Shown here: piece by piece, positions 37,583-39,903 of the stretch
Layout of the letters: each line of letters starts with the position of its first letter
Position numbering within the stretch: the stretch's first letter is position 1
From: Methanoregula sp.
Lineage (GTDB): Archaea; Halobacteriota; Methanomicrobia; Methanomicrobiales; Methanospirillaceae
Length of the DNA stretch: 39,903 bases
Reading direction: 5' to 3'
Assembly: GCA_035622795.1 (NCBI GenBank)
Contig: DASPUR010000076.1
Span: 1 to 39,903, forward strand
The notes under the pieces: model-generated
Database searches by the model: none
Seen by the model: the letters and a program-made list of their open reading frames with translations, nothing else
What the model was told of the DNA's origin: nothing
Program-made: the position numbers and the translations under genes

Positions 37583-38860
37583 TCAGAGATATTCCCGGCC
37601 GCCCAGGTAGGTCCTGAGCGCATCGGGGACCCGCACGTTCCCGTCCTCTTCCTGGCAGTTCTCGAGGATCGCCCGCATGACGCGGGAGGTCGCGATCGCG
37701 GTGGAGTTGAGCGTGTGGACATGGTGCTTGGTCTCGAAGTCGTGCCCGTCCCGGACCCGGATGTTCAGCCGGACCGCCTGGTAGGAAGTGCAGTTCGAAC
37801 AGGAGACGACCTCTTTGTACGCGTTCTCGCGGGGCATCCAGGCCTCGATATCGTATTTTTTCGCGGCCACGGTGCCGATGTCGCCGGTGCAGATGTTGAC
37901 CACCCGGTACGGCAGGCCGAGGCGCCGGAAGAGTTCCTCGGCGTTCGCGAGCAGTTCCTCGTGGAAGGCCCAGGATTCGGACGGCTGGCAGAAGACGAAC
38001 TGCTCGACTTTCGTGAACTGGTGGACCCGGAAGAGGCCCTTGGTGTCGAGGCCATGGGCCCCGATCTCCCTCCGGAAGCAGGGGGAGATCCCCGCGAGCT
38101 TCAGGGGGAGGTCTCTCTCCTCGAAGATCTCGTCCTGGTACATCGCCCCGATCGGGTGCTCGCTCGTGGCGATCAGGTAAGCGTCGTCCCCGTCGATCTT
38201 GTACATCACTTTCTCGAAGTCCGCGAGATCGGTGACGCCTTCGTACGATGACCGGTTGATCATGTACGGGGGGGTCACCGGGATATACCCGCGTTCCGCG
38301 AGGAGGTCGAGGGCAAACCGCTGGAGGGCGAGGTCGAGGAAGACGAGGCTCCCTTTCAGGAAGTAGAACCCTGCCCCGGACGTCTTTGCCGCCCGCTCGA
38401 AATCCGCCCAGCCCTTTTCCGCGGCCAGCTGCCCGTGGCTTTTGAGCTCGAATCCAGGGGCCCGGGGGGTCCCGACCCGCTTGAGCTCCACGTTCTCCGT
38501 ATCGTCCATCCCGACCGGGACGCTGGAATCGAGGATGTTGGGGAGGCGCATCAGGTATCCCCGGATCAGCTCCGCGATGGCATCGCGCTCGGCATCGCAC
38601 TCCCGGATCTTCCCGGGGAGGCCGGCAGCCTCGGCCATGAGCGGGGCCGGGTCCATCCCCTCTTTCCGGGCGGCATTGATCTCGCGGGCAATGGAGTTCC
38701 TCCGCTGCCGGAGCAGGTCGGTCTCAACCTTCAGCTCCCGGGACCGCGCATCCTTAGCCAGGAGCTCGTCTACCCATGCGAGTTTCTCCGGATCATTCCG
38801 TTTTCTGAGGTCCTCCCGGACCACATCGGGGGTTGCCCGCACCATCCTGATATCCAGCAT
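37583..38860 (-). CDS. serS: serine--tRNA ligase (common type)
   Basis: MLD start, coiled-coil arm, LIATSE, motif 2 FRRE.G...GLFRVHQFTKVEQF, SCSNCT.YQA.RL, motif 3 HTLNSTAIATSR. Confidence 0.97.
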   Translation of the reverse strand: MLDIRMVRATPDVVREDLRKRNDPEKLAWVDELLAKDARSRELKVETDLLRQRRNSIAREINAARKEGMDPAPLMAEAAGLPGKIRECDAERDAIAELIRGYLMRLPNILDSSVPVGMDDTENVELKRVGTPRAPGFELKSHGQLAAEKGWADFERAAKTSGAGFYFLKGSLVFLDLALQRFALDLLAERGYIPVTPPYMINRSSYEGVTDLADFEKVMYKIDGDDAYLIATSEHPIGAMYQDEIFEERDLPLKLAGISPCFRREIGAHGLDTKGLFRVHQFTKVEQFVFCQPSESWAFHEELLANAEELFRRLGLPYRVVNICTGDIGTVAAKKYDIEAWMPRENAYKEVVSCSNCTSYQAVRLNIRVRDGHDFETKHHVHTLNSTAIATSRVMRAILENCQEEDGNVRVPDALRTYLGGREYL

Positions 38861-39113
38861 ATTGTCCTACCCTTTGAGACGGTCCCAAACGTCTCGCTGC
38901 TTACCTTATTCTCGCCGAAACCTTGTAATTCTTGTGTTCCGGCGGGCTGCTTTCGCCGGCAGGATCCGGGAACGGAAAAGTGGGTGACAAACGGCATGGG
39001 CCGACAGGAAAACTGCTGCCTGACCAAAAACCGCACCGGACCATGGCCGGCCCGATATACAGCCGGGCCGTTACCCCAACCCTTAAGTGCTACCGGAGAC
39101 AGTCATCCCTTAT

Positions 39114-39488
39114 ATGCAGCCGGACCAGAAGCTGGTATTTGTCTACAACCTCGACAAGGGGAGCCTCTCCGATATCAAGGACAAGCTCTATGCAACGGTC
39201 CCGGCCAAGTCCCCGGCCTGCAAGCTCTGCGAGCTCATCCAGACCCCCGTAGGTATGAAGAAGGGCTGGAAGCGGTTCATCCAGGAGCTGGGCATCCCCG
39301 CCGATTACCTCTTCCGCGAGGAGTTCTCAAAAGAGTTCTCCCTGCCGAAATTTTCAGCCCCCGGCATCTTCCTCCAGCTCGGGAGTTCACTCATCCCCCT
39401 GATCAGCGCCGAGGAGATCAACCGGTGCGGGACGACCGACGATCTCATCGAGATGGTGAAGCAGCGGGTCCGGAAATTCCAGGAATAA
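39114..39488 (+). CDS. conserved hypothetical protein with a CxxC motif
   Basis: LVFVYN...CKLCEL...W..F...F+REEF; about 124 aa with coding-like codon use. Confidence 0.7.
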   Translation: MQPDQKLVFVYNLDKGSLSDIKDKLYATVPAKSPACKLCELIQTPVGMKKGWKRFIQELGIPADYLFREEFSKEFSLPKFSAPGIFLQLGSSLIPLISAEEINRCGTTDDLIEMVKQRVRKFQE

Positions 39489-39825
39489 CCCCGCCGGACC
39501 TGGCTGCACCCGGATTTTTCTTTTTGGAATATTGGTGCAGGGACGACAGGGTTGCCCTCTCATCCCCGGAGAGGGTCTGCCCCGGTTCTTTCGGTGAATC
39601 GGAAGTGTCATCTCCCGCATACGGGAACCTCCCCGGGTCACGGTCGGCCGGCAACCCGCGGGATCCCGGGTAATTATCGCGGCGCGGAGCCTGATAAAAC
39701 ACCGGCCGGACCGGATCGAATGCACGTTTTCCGGCCCCTGAAAGGAGCAGGTATTATTCGCACGGAAGGAAAATAGGACGGGTACACCATTGCATGCCCG
39801 GGGCGTGCGCAGGGAGTCAGGGACG

Positions 39826-39903
39826 ATGAAGATCGCGGTTTCGGGAAAGGGCGGGGTCGGTAAGACGTTTGTCGCGGGGAGCCTCGCGGCCCGGTTTGCG
39901 GGA
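39826..39903 (+). CDS. CooC/AcsF-like nickel-insertion ATPase (5' fragment, truncated by the window)
   Basis: MKIAVSGKGGVGKT deviant Walker A. Only 26 codons are visible, so other MinD/NifH-superfamily members cannot be excluded. Confidence 0.65.
   Translation, partial: MKIAVSGKGGVGKTFVAGSLAARFAG

Noticed and set aside
37503-38600. 907-aa ORF extension suggesting a fusion or overlapping gene
   Set aside because: The extra 366 codons are an alternative frame of serS with R/P/G-rich, non-protein-like composition.
37583-38860. Methanogen-type (atypical) SerRS
   Set aside because: Its length (425 aa), N-terminal coiled coil and motifs match the common type.
39489-39825. GC-rich short palindromes after the CxxC gene and around 38940-39070
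   Set aside because: Short CCGG-rich stems are expected at this composition; no repeated unit or long stem was found.
39826-39903. The missing cfbC/nifH
   Set aside because: NifH-like proteins typically read YGKGGIGKS; SGKGGVGKT fits CooC/MinD better, although only 26 codons are visible.

Overview
Core-genome-like 40 kb window from a hydrogenotrophic methanogenic archaeon, most consistent with Methanomicrobiales (Methanoregula-like). This assignment is inferred from gene content: S17e, Alba, cdrS-ftsZ, RaSEA, a methanogenesis marker 9 protein and the F430 cfb genes. Left to right it holds a ThiN-like gene, rps17e-dapA-dapB, a ferredoxin, asd-alba, DUF373/coiled-coil/ftsZ/cdrS, cobD-cobY, a TIGR00300 ornithine-cyclodeaminase-like gene, RaSEA, tRNA-Ser(UGA), hypC-hypA-hypE and a PAS histidine kinase. 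Next come a nuclease-marker9-citG-DUF447 block divergent from cfbA-cfbE-cfbD-cfbB (no cfbC), ilvE, an unusual REC-PAS-(PAS-PH-like)x2 protein, tRNA-Glu(UUC), a katG-ahbD-ahbA-ahbB-ahbC operon, a PH/zinc-ribbon membrane protein, serS and the start of a CooC-like ATPase. Best leads: (1) a catalase-peroxidase plus alternative heme biosynthesis operon next to tRNA-Glu in a lineage regarded as cytochrome-free; (2) a kinase-less signalling protein with a duplicated PAS+PH-like module; (3) an 11-bp-phased operator array upstream of cdrS-ftsZ; (4) two intergenic regions that look like structured RNA. No transposases, integrases or CRISPR arrays were seen. All family assignments come from motif recognition by eye; no searches were run.
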